DNA of 64,000 nt from a virus. The stretch's first letter is position 1. The number at the start of each line of letters is the position of its first letter. The notes beneath the pieces are model-generated. The model searched no databases. It saw nothing but the letters and a program-made list of their open reading frames with translations, and was not told where the DNA came from. Location: positions 64,001 to 128,000 of the IMG/VR virus record IMGVR_UViG_3300042453_004886; one strand, 5' to 3'. A program made the position numbers and the translations under genes. Shown piece by piece: positions 40,412-49,374 of the stretch.

Positions 40412-40915
40412 ATGCAGTTCAAGAAGAGCAAGCCCGTCAAGGGCAAGAAGCCCGTCGTCGCCGTGCCCGCCGCCAAGCCCCGCAAGGGGCTTCTGGCCCG
40501 GGTCGCGGAGGCCCTTGGCTTCGGCGCTCAGGCCCCGGTCCGCGACAGCGAGCTGGCCCAGTCCAGAATCTCCCGGGTTCTCCTCGACAACGCCCTCCGG
40601 GGCGAGCGCGAGTTCTCCACGGAGCTGATCAATCGGAGTCGCAAGACTCTGGAAGATCAGATCCGGGCGGTCCGGGCGGCGGGGGACTTCCGGGCCCCCA
40701 AGGCCGAGGCCCAGAACGTCGCTCCCGCTCCCGTCGTCGCCGCCGCTCCTGTCGCCGCCCGGATCTGGGGTGTTTTCAACACCCTTGACCGGGCCCGGCT
40801 GCGGGCGTGGTCCAAAGCTTGGGTCCAGGCCCAGGCCGAGGCCCAGGCCCAGGCCCAGGCCCAGCCCGTCGCCACCCGGGCGCGGGATTCCCGGGGGCGG
40901 TTCGTGAAGGCGTAA
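40412..40915 (+). CDS. Basic Ala/Pro-rich early protein, copy 1
   Basis: AGGAGG RBS; 167 aa ending RDSRGRFVKA. Confidence 0.8.
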   Translation: MQFKKSKPVKGKKPVVAVPAAKPRKGLLARVAEALGFGAQAPVRDSELAQSRISRVLLDNALRGEREFSTELINRSRKTLEDQIRAVRAAGDFRAPKAEAQNVAPAPVVAAAPVAARIWGVFNTLDRARLRAWSKAWVQAQAEAQAQAQAQPVATRARDSRGRFVKA

Positions 40916-41022
40916 GCCTCACGACCGGCCCAAACTCCCCATGGGCCTTGGTAACCCATGGGGACGCGACAGGTTTAGTAGTCTCATCCTATTAGAAAAA
41001 CTACTTTTCTTTTTCCTTTTCA

Positions 41023-41092
41023 GAGGGGGTCAGCTTTGCTGACCCCCTTTAAAAAGAGCGACTGGTGCGTACTTAACGTAATAGTCAAACCC
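41023..41092 (+). promoter_or_regulatory. Class-1 hairpin/promoter element, copy 1
   Basis: GGGGGTCAGC-TTT-GCTGACCCCC TTTAAAAAGAGCGACT GGTGC-N18-AAACCC. Confidence 0.7.
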
Positions 41093-41142
41093 TTTTACAG
41101 AGCCACACCTGTGCGTGTGGCCACACTGCAGAGGAGAAAACC

Positions 41143-41640
41143 ATGCAGAAAAAGAAGAAGACCGTCGTCGTCGCTGTGCCCGTCGCCCCCGCCGCCGAGC
41201 CCCGCAAGGGGCTGTTCGCCCGGGTCCTCGAGGCCCTCGGTTTCCGCTCGGCGCCGCTCGTGCGCGACAGCGAGCTCGACCAGCCCAGGCTGTGCCGGAT
41301 GCTCCTTGACAACGCCCTCCGGGGCGAGCGGATGGTGTCGGAGGAGATGCTCAACCGGGGTCGTAAGACCCTGGAGCAGCAGATCCAGGCGGTCAGGGCG
41401 GCTGGGGACTTCCGGGCCCCCGTCGCCACGCCCGTCGCCGTCGCTCCCGTCGCCGTCGCTCCCGCCGCCGCTCCCGCCCGGGTCTGGGGTGTCTTGAACA
41501 CCCTGGATAAGGCACGGCTTCGGGCCTGGTCCCGGGCTTGGTCCGAGGCCCAGGCCGAGGCCCAGCCCGTGGCCGAGCCCGTGGCCGAGCCCGTCGCCAC
41601 CCGGGCCCGGGATGCCCGGGGCCGGTTCGTGAAGGCGTAA
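41143..41640 (+). CDS. Basic Ala/Pro-rich early protein, copy 2
   Basis: GAGGAG RBS; 165-aa paralog ending RDARGRFVKA. Confidence 0.8.
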   Translation: MQKKKKTVVVAVPVAPAAEPRKGLFARVLEALGFRSAPLVRDSELDQPRLCRMLLDNALRGERMVSEEMLNRGRKTLEQQIQAVRAAGDFRAPVATPVAVAPVAVAPAAAPARVWGVLNTLDKARLRAWSRAWSEAQAEAQPVAEPVAEPVATRARDARGRFVKA

Positions 41641-41747
41641 GCCTCACGACCGGCAACAGATCCCCATGGGCCTTGGTAACCCATGGGGACGCGTAGAGGT
41701 TTAGTAGTCTCATCCTATTAGAAAAACTACTTTTCTTTTCCTTTTTA

Positions 41748-41817
41748 GAGGGGGTCAGCTTTGCTGACCCCCTTTAAAAAGAGCGACTGGTGCTTACTGG
41801 AAGTAACAGTCTAACCC
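41748..41817 (+). promoter_or_regulatory. Class-1 element, copy 2
   Basis: Same hairpin, TTTAAAAAGAG, GGTGC-N18-TAACCC. Confidence 0.7.
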
Positions 41818-41855
41818 TTTTGCGGCCATTTTAATCACGAAAGGAGGTGATAAGT

Positions 41856-42011
41856 ATGCGGATGAGCATGGAAGAGAAGTACGTTCGTAGGCGCCAGAAC
41901 CTGGCGCTGTTCGTTCTTCTCGTCCTGTTCCTCGTCGCTGGCGCGATGGAGAACCCCATGGATCGGTTTTCCTTGGGGTCCTCCACGCCCAGCAGCGTGG
42001 AGCAGGACTAA
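41856..42011 (+). CDS. 51-aa single-TM peptide (not in the ORF track)
   Basis: AAGGAGGTGA RBS; MRMSMEEKYVRRRQNLALFVLLVLFLVAGAMENPMDRFSLGSSTPSSVEQD*. Confidence 0.75.
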   Translation: MRMSMEEKYVRRRQNLALFVLLVLFLVAGAMENPMDRFSLGSSTPSSVEQD

Positions 42012-42018
42012 TTGACTT

Positions 42019-42054
42019 CCTACTCGGCGCTAGCGCCGCAATGCGCTGAGTAGG
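42019..42054 (+). terminator. Conserved branched hairpin (copies at 42019, 44818, 49331)
   Basis: CCTACTC-GGCGCTAGCGCC-GCAATGCG-N-TGAGTAGG then CTCTTTTT. Confidence 0.6.
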
Positions 42055-42062
42055 CTCTTTTT

Positions 42063-42136
42063 GAGAGGGTAGTAGCTTCGGCTGCTGCCCTCTTTAAAAA
42101 GAGGGATCGGTGCTTACCCCTTTCTAAGGTCTTACC
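42063..42136 (+). promoter_or_regulatory. Class-1 element, copy 3
   Basis: GAGAGGGTAGTAGC-TTCG-GCTGCTGCCCTCT TTAAAAAGAGGGATC GGTGC-N18-TTACC. Confidence 0.7.
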
Positions 42137-42215
42137 AGGCCTTGCTGTCGCACATTCGTCAGAAATCCCTTTCCCCCCTTTCAGGGGGGATTTTGCCATG
42201 AAAGGAGAAACTACC

Positions 42216-43649
42216 ATGGCAAGCTCAATTCGCGACGCGTTCCTCCCCCTCATTCCGGAGCTGAAGCTCCGGCAGGAGGCGCGGAGGGAAGCCCTCCGCG
42301 CGGACCGCCGGCAGGCCCGGGCAGAGGCCCGAGAGGCCGGCAAGGCCAAGGAGGCGCTCCGGGCGGCTAAGCGGTCCGAGCGCCGCGCCGCCCGCCAGGT
42401 GGCCGCCCATGAGCGCCGCGAGGCCCTCAAGGCGGCCTTTGCAAAGGCCGCCGAGGGCCGCCCCAAGTGGGTCCAGGTCGCCTCCCGGGTGCTACTCATT
42501 CACCCGGACGAGGTCGCTAGACGGCCTCGAAAGGCCGTCCTGGGAGCGCTTCCCACCTGGGCGCTCGTGGACCTGTACTGCCCAGACCCCTTCTGGGAAG
42601 GGGTTATCTGGGAAAACCTCTTCCACGAGGGGGAGGAGCTTATTTCCCGAGAGTTCCTGGAGAAGATCCTCCGGGGCACTTCTTGGAAAAAGCTCCAAGA
42701 GGCTTTTTCCAGATGGTGCCAGCTCGAAAACAGGCCCCCGGAGTGGGAGCCCTACGCGGCGTGGAAGTTCTTTATCTCCGGTGTTTACACGGGGGGCAAG
42801 AAGTTCTTCCCGCTAGCGGGAAGGGTCAGCCACATCCAGGGCATCCTGGAGCACGGCCCAGCGCCGGAAACCCTGTCGGAGGAGGACCTGGATGCCTACG
42901 TCCGGCATCCTGGGGAGTTCAGGCTGAGTGAGCTCCTGGAGAGCGCCGAGGATCGGAAGAACCTCGCGGTTCTCCAAGAGTACCTGGAGCGCCAGCGGGA
43001 GACGTATCTCCCGGAGGAGTTCCGGGAGATCACTGCCAATCAGATCCTCAGCAGGTGGAAGACGCACAAAGACGTGCGCTTCCGCCTGGAAGGGCAGGAG
43101 TGGAGCTCTCCCGACGGGAAGATGGCGGCCCGGTTCTTGCCCAGGACCGACATCAGGGGGCTGCTGGCCGGTGACATCACCGACTGCTGCCAGCACCCTA
43201 TCGGGGCAGGGTCCGAGGCTGCCTGGGACGCGGTCAGGCAGCCCAGCACGGGCAACCTGGCCTTCTTCCGGAAGGGCCGGATTGTGGCATTTACCTGGGT
43301 GTGGGAAGCCCAGGACGGGAGCATGGTGCTTGACTCGATCGAGTACCTGAGCTCCCGCTACATGCCAGAGGTGGCTCAGGCACTTGCTGCTTTTGCAAAG
43401 CAGCTGAGGTGTGAAGGAGTCTCCACCTTTTGGGTTGGGGGCTACTCTGAAGCAGAGCTGGCCTCCCAAGTCCGGGTCCTGGCGGGATTGCTAGGCAGTC
43501 CTCGGTGGGTAAAGGCTTCCCAAGAGGGGGCCTCCCTGAATGGGGAAACTCTCCAGGGCCCCAACCTGGTCCCTTCCGGGGAATTGCCAAAGCCCGTCTT
43601 TTGGATGGGCTACTCGGACCTGCACTACAACATAGTCAGGTTCGATTGA
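42216..43649 (+). CDS. Early protein with a C-terminal GNAT-like domain
   Basis: Start placed at ATG 42216 after AAAGGAG; basic coiled-coil N-terminus; GDITDCCQH..G....A......GNLAFF..GRIVAFTWVW..VLDSIE beta-rich block. Confidence 0.55.
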   Translation: MASSIRDAFLPLIPELKLRQEARREALRADRRQARAEAREAGKAKEALRAAKRSERRAARQVAAHERREALKAAFAKAAEGRPKWVQVASRVLLIHPDEVARRPRKAVLGALPTWALVDLYCPDPFWEGVIWENLFHEGEELISREFLEKILRGTSWKKLQEAFSRWCQLENRPPEWEPYAAWKFFISGVYTGGKKFFPLAGRVSHIQGILEHGPAPETLSEEDLDAYVRHPGEFRLSELLESAEDRKNLAVLQEYLERQRETYLPEEFREITANQILSRWKTHKDVRFRLEGQEWSSPDGKMAARFLPRTDIRGLLAGDITDCCQHPIGAGSEAAWDAVRQPSTGNLAFFRKGRIVAFTWVWEAQDGSMVLDSIEYLSSRYMPEVAQALAAFAKQLRCEGVSTFWVGGYSEAELASQVRVLAGLLGSPRWVKASQEGASLNGETLQGPNLVPSGELPKPVFWMGYSDLHYNIVRFD

Positions 43650-43700
43650 TGGGCTGGAGTTTGGTAGTACCTCCATCAATAAAAACTACCACCTTTTTTA

Positions 43701-43778
43701 GAGGGGCACACAGCTTAGGCTGTGTTGCCCCTCTTTAAAAAGAGGAACTGGTGCGTACTGGACGTATTGGTTTACCCC
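43701..43778 (+). promoter_or_regulatory. Class-1 element, copy 4
   Basis: Hairpin + CCCTCTTTAAAAAGAGG + GGTGC-N18-TACCCC. Confidence 0.7.
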
Positions 43779-43801
43779 TTAGCTCTTGAAAGGAGCTAAA
43801 G

Positions 43802-44227
43802 GTGATCACCGTTTGCAACAAGGAAAACTACCTTATTATTGAGGACGAGGTGCTCGACCTCGTCCGAGGCCAGTACCCCGCAGGAGGGCTGGCCCAAGTC
43901 GTCGGTGCGGAGAGCTCGCACCGGGTCGTCACTCTCCGGGACTGCGGAGACCTAGTGGGCATTTGCCTGCTTGACGTCGAGGAGGCCACGGTCGACGACC
44001 TCGTCGTCAAACCCAGGTACAGAAAGTACCTGGGCGAGATGCTCGCCTCGGTCCGAGAGATCGCCGGAGAAGGGGCTTGGACGGCGTACTGCCGGGCTAA
44101 GACGTCTGCTGTCACCGTTCGGGCTATGGCCCGCAGGGGGCAGCTGAGGCTTCTCCATCTCGGAGAGCCGGAGTACGACGACTACTTTGCCGAAGAGATG
44201 GTGGAGGTAGAGTTTCAGCTACTCTAG
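43802..44227 (+). CDS. GNAT-like acetyltransferase candidate
   Basis: AAAGGAG RBS; DLVGICLL..ATVDDLVVKPRYRKY resembles GNAT motif A. Confidence 0.5.
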   Translation: MITVCNKENYLIIEDEVLDLVRGQYPAGGLAQVVGAESSHRVVTLRDCGDLVGICLLDVEEATVDDLVVKPRYRKYLGEMLASVREIAGEGAWTAYCRAKTSAVTVRAMARRGQLRLLHLGEPEYDDYFAEEMVEVEFQLL

Positions 44228-44262
44228 CCTCCTTCCTGAGTGACTTCCTGAAACCTTTTTTA

Positions 44263-44340
44263 GAGGGGCACACGGCTTAGGCTGTGTTGCCCCTCTTTAA
44301 AAAGAGGGAATGGTGCGTGCATTGGGCAGCACTTAACCCC
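44263..44340 (+). promoter_or_regulatory. Class-1 element, copy 5
   Basis: Hairpin + CCCTCTTTAAAAAGAGGG + GGTGC-N18-AACCCC. Confidence 0.7.
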
Positions 44341-44364
44341 CTTTCATGTTCAGGAAGGATCCAC

Positions 44365-44550
44365 ATGAACATGAATGCCACCCGGAGCGATGTGTTCCGG
44401 GCTGTCGTGCAGGAGAACAAAATCCTGCGCGAGCGTCTTGAGGAATGTCAGAGGTTGATCAATCTCTTTTCGGACCTCGAGACGCGCCTTGCTGAAGAAA
44501 GGGCAAGGCAAATTGAGTTTGAACGGGAGCTCTTCTGGAGCTGCCGTTAA
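44365..44550 (+). CDS. Small coiled-coil early protein (61 aa)
   Basis: Start moved to ATG 44365 after AGGAAGG; the track start lies inside the promoter element. Confidence 0.7.
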   Translation: MNMNATRSDVFRAVVQENKILRERLEECQRLINLFSDLETRLAEERARQIEFERELFWSCR

Positions 44551-44563
44551 AACTCACCTTTTT

Positions 44564-44632
44564 GAGAGGGGGCAGGGATGCCCCCTCTTTAAAAAGAGGG
44601 ACCGGTGCGTACTGGATGCATTGGTTTACCCC
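44564..44632 (+). promoter_or_regulatory. Class-1 element, copy 6
   Basis: GAGAGGGGGCA-GGGA-TGCCCCCTCT TTAAAAAGAGGGACC GGTGC-N18-TACCCC. Confidence 0.7.
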
Positions 44633-44672
44633 TTTGTTACGCGGCCATCTCTAAAAGAAAGGAGGTGATTAC

Positions 44673-44801
44673 ATGATGGAGTCGGATTTCCTCCGGGCCG
44701 AAGCGGCCCTCGAGGAGGCGATCCTCCGGGCTGAAGAAGCTGCCGAAACGGCGGCAGCCCGGGAGGAGTGGGCCGCTGCTTTCGCGGCGGTCTGGGGTTA
44801 G
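44673..44801 (+). CDS. 42-aa acidic helical leader peptide (not in the ORF track)
   Basis: AAGGAGGTGA RBS; MMESDFLRAEAALEEAILRAEEAAETAAAREEWAAAFAAVWG*. Confidence 0.8.
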   Translation: MMESDFLRAEAALEEAILRAEEAAETAAAREEWAAAFAAVWG

Positions 44802-44861
44802 TTTTTTCGTTTCTTTTCCTACTCGGCGCTAGCGCCGCAATGCGATGAGTAGGCTCTTTTT

Positions 44862-44937
44862 GAGAGGGTAGTAGCTTTAGCTGCTGCCCTCTTTAAAAAG
44901 AGGGACCGGTGCGTACTAGCACTAAAGGTTTCCTCCC
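44862..44937 (+). promoter_or_regulatory. Class-1 element, copy 7
   Basis: Hairpin + CCCTCTTTAAAAAGAGGGACC GGTGC-N18-TCCTCCC. Confidence 0.65.
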
Positions 44938-45011
44938 AGAAACAAAGGAAGATGAGCTCACTCGGTGAGATCTTCCTTGCTGTCAGAGACAGCAATGTTG
45001 CGTACATAAAA

Positions 45012-45072
45012 GCGGGGTCTAACCCCTCTTTAAAAAGAGGAATTGGTGCGTACACGCATTAAATGTCTTCCT
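45012..45072 (+). promoter_or_regulatory. Class-1 element, copy 8 (short hairpin)
   Basis: GGGG-TCTAA-CCCC TCTTTAAAAAGAGGAATT GGTGC-N18-TTCC. Confidence 0.65.
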
Positions 45073-45171
45073 TTTTTCCCCGGATTTTTTATCGCGTAAT
45101 CCGGTGATCGCCATATACTTGGCGCCCTTTGCTCGGGGAGAGAGCGTTTTCAGCGCATGAGGAGGAAACCA

Positions 45172-48100
45172 ATGCGTATGAACAAATTGGTGAATCAAAA
45201 GCACCAAGCGCTGGCGAAGCTGGCGGTGGAGAGATTCAAGAAAGCACAGGAAGCTCCTGAGGAGAAACCTGAGCCGACTATGGATCTCATCGCTCGGGCG
45301 AACGAGAAGGCTGTTGAATACAGCCGGCTTCGTAAGCTTGCCCTTGAAGTTCTCTCTCATGAGAGCTCTGAAGAGGGCTGTGTCGAATTCGGGATCAAAC
45401 CTGAAGACGACATGGGCGTAATTCGCCGCAAAGTGGTGAACCGTTTCAAAGCGGGTAACCACTCGGTGGTCCGGGGCGAGCTCAAGACGCTGTTCCCTCG
45501 TCACGAGGAGGACATCTACGAGCCCGCCGAGGTCACCAAGCAGGATGTTGCCGACATGGCACTCCTGTTCGGCGCGGAGTGGCCCACCGACGAAGCCTTC
45601 GGCTTGTTCGGTGTTACCTTTGACTGGGACAATGCCGGAAGGCTTGTTGTCAACGGTAAGAAGGCTCTGAGGAACGTCATCGCCGTTTTCGGTGGTGGTA
45701 TGCCTCACGAGCTCTTTCAATATCAGACTGCAGCTCTGGTATTGTTGGCCGCCCAAGGTGCTGCAGCCCAGGAGCGTGAGAGGTTTGCATCAAACGCAAG
45801 CCCTTACCAGGTCCAGAAAGCGCTGACGAAAGCCTTCCAGAAGGTGATCAACAGCGGGCCTGTGAACAAGGGTAGCGAACAACCGGCCTACGGGTTTGTT
45901 GATGCAACCTGTGCGCTCCGACTCAAGGAGATCGTTCGACCGATCGAAGTCCTGCTGGTAGAAGATAGCATCGTCTACCTGGAGCAGATTGATCCCATTC
46001 TTGGCAACAAGATGGTGAAAGAACTGCACCCGGACTACGGTGTGGATATCGAATCGGGTAACTACCGGCCTGCCGGTAAGATGCTCGACGAGAACCACAT
46101 CGCGGTAAGGTCGAGCGATGGGGCCAAAAGTGCCAAGCGCACCCGTATGGCCTCAGGTGAGCAACAGGAACCGGTGAATCCTGTGCTCTCTCGTGTTTCC
46201 TACAGAGGAACTCGAGCAACCGGCTCCCTGATCACCGCGTTCCTTGCGCCGTGTGCAGACCCGTTCTTGGCGGGTGGTCCTGGCGGTAGCCTTGATTTGT
46301 CGGGTGAAACCGGCGTCAAGACCAGCTACTGGGACGACGCGCTGCACAGCGGCACGAGCTTCGATATCCGTTCCGCCGAGGATAGAGAAGCCTTCCTGAA
46401 CACCCTCCCCAGCGATGGGGATGTTCTCGGCGAGACCCTTAGCGTGTTTGGCGCCCCACCTGTCAAGGTGCCTTCAGACGCTAGGGGCGTGGTCACTAAG
46501 GTGACCGCGGCCCCCGATGGAGCCTACCGCAATATGCGGTGGCAGGTGCATAGTCGTTTCAAGGAAACTTCTGTGTTCACCAAGCTCCGCGGATCAATCA
46601 AGACGATGGTCTCTGCAGGCCTAGTTGCGAAGATCCGACTCGGGGAAGGGTCCATCACCCACTTCGACATCCGCAATAGCGGACTTGCCCTGTCGGGGTG
46701 GGAAGGAGAGGATTTGTTCCTCTCAGGAGACGCATTCAAGGGAACCGGGAAAGGCAACAGCCAATTCCGGGTGGAAGTCGCCGTTGAAACGATATGGCAT
46801 TTCCTTCCTTTGGAAGCGGACAGTCTCCTATCCTCTCTGCTCCCGGAGGCGCTCTACAAGGGCGGAATCGTGGAGTATGACGAGGCGTTCGATCTCGACG
46901 GGGCTTACGAGCCTCTGATGAGGGAATTCGAGCGTCGTTTTGCCAAAGTCGCTGACCTTGGTAAGACAGTCGAACTGCCTGAAGTCTGGGACAAGTGGTT
47001 GCTTGAGCATGCCACGAAGGTCGGGCTGAAGGTGGAAGACCTCGTCTGGAGCCCCTTCCAAAAGGAGGGAGTCACTGGCAAGCAGGTGGCTTTCAACATT
47101 GGTAAGGGTATCACGGGGCTCCCAGAGTACCGCGTATTTGTACTTTACGACGATGGCTGCAAGGCTGTTGTGAGGACCACGACTGCGTTTAAAACCGCGA
47201 TGTTGGTCCGTGTAGAGTACGGAAGCGTCAGGAAGGCAGCCAGCAAGGCCCAACTTATGCTCGAAGTCGCTTACGGCGCTAAGGCAATGGGTCTTGACGA
47301 GCTCGCTGAGTTCCTCGAGTACGAGGGGCGTTCCAAAGCGCGTGCGGTGCTCAAGCTCATCCGTTCGGTTGGTCCCAAGGCAGCAATTGCTGAGGGAAGT
47401 CGAGTAATCGATGCCGCCGAAGCAACGGATGAGGACCTGCTTGAGATCGAAACCCTGCTCGAGAGTGATCTCGAAGCATGGCCGGAAGATCTTGTTATCG
47501 AATGCAAGTTCGAGGACAAGAACGGAAAGCTGTGGAGAGTTGTCTTGGCTCACCACTTGGTTTCGGTCATCTCAAAGGAGAACCCCCAGAGAAAGGCAAT
47601 CTCTGGCATTCTCGATGCGATCCTTAACAAAGATCGTACAAGGTTCGAGAATAACATCCGGGTCCTTGAAGGTGGGCTGTCTAACATGGTTTCTTTGGCC
47701 AATAAGAAACTGTGGAAGAAGGTTCACGCAGGTCCAAATGCTGCACACGGTAAGCGGGTCATCGTACTCGCCTCTCACGTGGGCTGCCATGAGGAACTGC
47801 TCGTCAATCCGTTCGGCAAAAATGCTAGACATCTAGCCAAGCAGAACGGTTGCGAGATCAAGGAACTGGATGGGCGGTGGGTAGTCGTCCAGCGAGCTCC
47901 ACAAAGCCTGCCGATTTTGCTGAGAATCGTGTTAACCACGGCTATCGGTAAGAACGTGTTCGGCATGACGGACCTTGCTGCCTCGATCGACAACGGCGAT
48001 CACGATGGAGACACTATCCTCGTGACGGTCATCCCTGACCAAATCGCCGAAGTGACCCTGCAGAAGTACAACGCTCGCAGAAAGTCGCTGTCGATTCACG

Positions 48101-48975
48101 AGGGTACGCACAAGGCGGATCCGTATCACTGGATCGAGCAAAACACGTTTGTGGATGGAAAACACAACGTCTGGGCTCGTCCTTCCGTGGTTACGGTTGA
48201 AAACTTGCGCAAGTACGACGAGGCGGGCATCCGGGCATATACACTTGAAATGCCTTCGGATGCCAACAGGGCACACCTCGCCCTTGCCATCGCTTCGATG
48301 CAGCTTCCCACAGGCTGGGGGGAGTTCAGCATCGAGGAGGCCAACGGCCTGATGTTCAGCGTCTACGAGCCGGAGCTTGGTGGTTTTAACCCCAAGTTCG
48401 CTGCTGCTCATGCCGCAATTGCCAATCTTGGCAATGAACGTCTCAAGGAGTTCCTCCAAGCTACGGATAAGCTCGACCTTCGGGAAGACTTCGCCAAGGC
48501 TTGGCTTCGGTCCGCAGATGCCAAAAGCTGGTGTCAGAAGACCGTGAGTTACGCAAAGTTTAACAGCAATGGAAAGCTTTCCGTATGGAACCTCACCCAG
48601 GCCACGGTCCCTCAGGAGCAGAGGCTCGCAGCCGTACCCAGGTTAGTTGCTTTTGCAATGAAACTCCTGTCAGTTGGGAACGTCAACAACCAGTTGATGC
48701 TCAATCTGGACAAGGTCGTTGTCGAGAGCATGGTCAAGGAGACCAAGGGCGAAAACCGGCGTTACTACCCGGTTCTAGTCAAGGGTAAGCCAGAAGTGGT
48801 CGAGCTGAAAAGCGTGATCAAGAAACTGGCAGCAAAGGGAGTCCCGGGCGCTCAGCGCTTGGAGATCTGGATGGACCACATCCTCCCTGAGTTCTCCAAG
48901 TACCACCCCAAGGAGTACCATGCCGCAATGGCCTTCAACGGGGACTACGATTGTTCCGATTCGGAGGAAGAATAG
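45172..48975 (+). CDS. Single-chain two-barrel RNA polymerase-like protein 1 (non-virion type)
   Basis: Start at ATG 45172 after GAGGAGG; VVVQRAP (R at 47893) lies 35 residues before the first Asp of NGDHDGD (47998), the E. coli beta' R425-D460 spacing; TKLRGSIK resembles the beta double-Lys motif. Confidence 0.8.
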   Translation: MRMNKLVNQKHQALAKLAVERFKKAQEAPEEKPEPTMDLIARANEKAVEYSRLRKLALEVLSHESSEEGCVEFGIKPEDDMGVIRRKVVNRFKAGNHSVVRGELKTLFPRHEEDIYEPAEVTKQDVADMALLFGAEWPTDEAFGLFGVTFDWDNAGRLVVNGKKALRNVIAVFGGGMPHELFQYQTAALVLLAAQGAAAQERERFASNASPYQVQKALTKAFQKVINSGPVNKGSEQPAYGFVDATCALRLKEIVRPIEVLLVEDSIVYLEQIDPILGNKMVKELHPDYGVDIESGNYRPAGKMLDENHIAVRSSDGAKSAKRTRMASGEQQEPVNPVLSRVSYRGTRATGSLITAFLAPCADPFLAGGPGGSLDLSGETGVKTSYWDDALHSGTSFDIRSAEDREAFLNTLPSDGDVLGETLSVFGAPPVKVPSDARGVVTKVTAAPDGAYRNMRWQVHSRFKETSVFTKLRGSIKTMVSAGLVAKIRLGEGSITHFDIRNSGLALSGWEGEDLFLSGDAFKGTGKGNSQFRVEVAVETIWHFLPLEADSLLSSLLPEALYKGGIVEYDEAFDLDGAYEPLMREFERRFAKVADLGKTVELPEVWDKWLLEHATKVGLKVEDLVWSPFQKEGVTGKQVAFNIGKGITGLPEYRVFVLYDDGCKAVVRTTTAFKTAMLVRVEYGSVRKAASKAQLMLEVAYGAKAMGLDELAEFLEYEGRSKARAVLKLIRSVGPKAAIAEGSRVIDAAEATDEDLLEIETLLESDLEAWPEDLVIECKFEDKNGKLWRVVLAHHLVSVISKENPQRKAISGILDAILNKDRTRFENNIRVLEGGLSNMVSLANKKLWKKVHAGPNAAHGKRVIVLASHVGCHEELLVNPFGKNARHLAKQNGCEIKELDGRWVVVQRAPQSLPILLRIVLTTAIGKNVFGMTDLAASIDNGDHDGDTILVTVIPDQIAEVTLQKYNARRKSLSIHEGTHKADPYHWIEQNTFVDGKHNVWARPSVVTVENLRKYDEAGIRAYTLEMPSDANRAHLALAIASMQLPTGWGEFSIEEANGLMFSVYEPELGGFNPKFAAAHAAIANLGNERLKEFLQATDKLDLREDFAKAWLRSADAKSWCQKTVSYAKFNSNGKLSVWNLTQATVPQEQRLAAVPRLVAFAMKLLSVGNVNNQLMLNLDKVVVESMVKETKGENRRYYPVLVKGKPEVVELKSVIKKLAAKGVPGAQRLEIWMDHILPEFSKYHPKEYHAAMAFNGDYDCSDSEEE

Positions 48976-48980
48976 CAAAC

Positions 48981-49055
48981 TGATCGGGAACTTGGCGGCT
49001 TTGTCTTAAGAACGCACAGAAAGTGCAAAAGCAAAGCTGCTAAGTTACCTGATCA
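48981..49055 (+). ncRNA. Conserved 3' structured RNA element, copy 1
   Basis: Long stem (AACTTGGCGGCTTTG / CAAAGCTGCTAAGTT, two G-U pairs) capped by GAACGCAC-AGAAA-GTGCAA. Confidence 0.55.
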
Positions 49056-49080
49056 AGACAACTAAATAACCTTTTTAACA

Positions 49081-49154
49081 GAGGGGGCTGGTTCATTCCA
49101 GTACCCCTCTTTAAAAAGAGGGACCGGTGCGTCGGTGCGTCCAAGGTGCAACCC
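49081..49154 (+). promoter_or_regulatory. Class-1 element, copy 9
   Basis: Hairpin + CCCTCTTTAAAAAGAGGGACC GGTGC-N18-CAACCC. Confidence 0.7.
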
Positions 49155-49190
49155 TTTTGCGGCCACTTAATCACGAAAGGAGGTGATTAC

Positions 49191-49310
49191 ATGATGGAAG
49201 ACTTCCTCGCGGAGGCCATCCTCCGGGCTGAAGAAGCTGCCGAAACGGCAGCAGCCCGGGAGGAGTGGGCAGCTGCTTTTGAAGCCCTGGACCAGTGGGT
49301 CTGGGGCTAG
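49191..49310 (+). CDS. 39-aa acidic leader peptide, paralog of 44673..44801 (not in the ORF track)
   Basis: AAGGAGGTGA RBS; MMEDFLAEAILRAEEAAETAAAREEWAAAFEALDQWVWG*. Confidence 0.8.
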   Translation: MMEDFLAEAILRAEEAAETAAAREEWAAAFEALDQWVWG

Positions 49311-49374
49311 TTTCTTGTTTGTTTTCCTTTCCTGCTCGGCGCTAGCGCCGCAATGCGTTGAGTAGGCTCTTTTT

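Larger units (their letters stand above)
40368..41822 (+). repeat. Tandem direct duplication, about 730-bp units (40368-41098 and 41099-41822)
   Basis: Both units carry AGAGCCACACCTGTGCGTGTGGCCA, a paralogous ORF, a CCCCATGGG..CCCATGGGGA hairpin and a near-identical downstream element. Confidence 0.9.

Noticed and set aside
44952-45062. 36-codon ORF MSSLGEIFLAVRDSNV... between class-1 copies 7 and 8.
   Set aside because: Weak RBS and it runs through the next promoter element; cannot be supported as coding.
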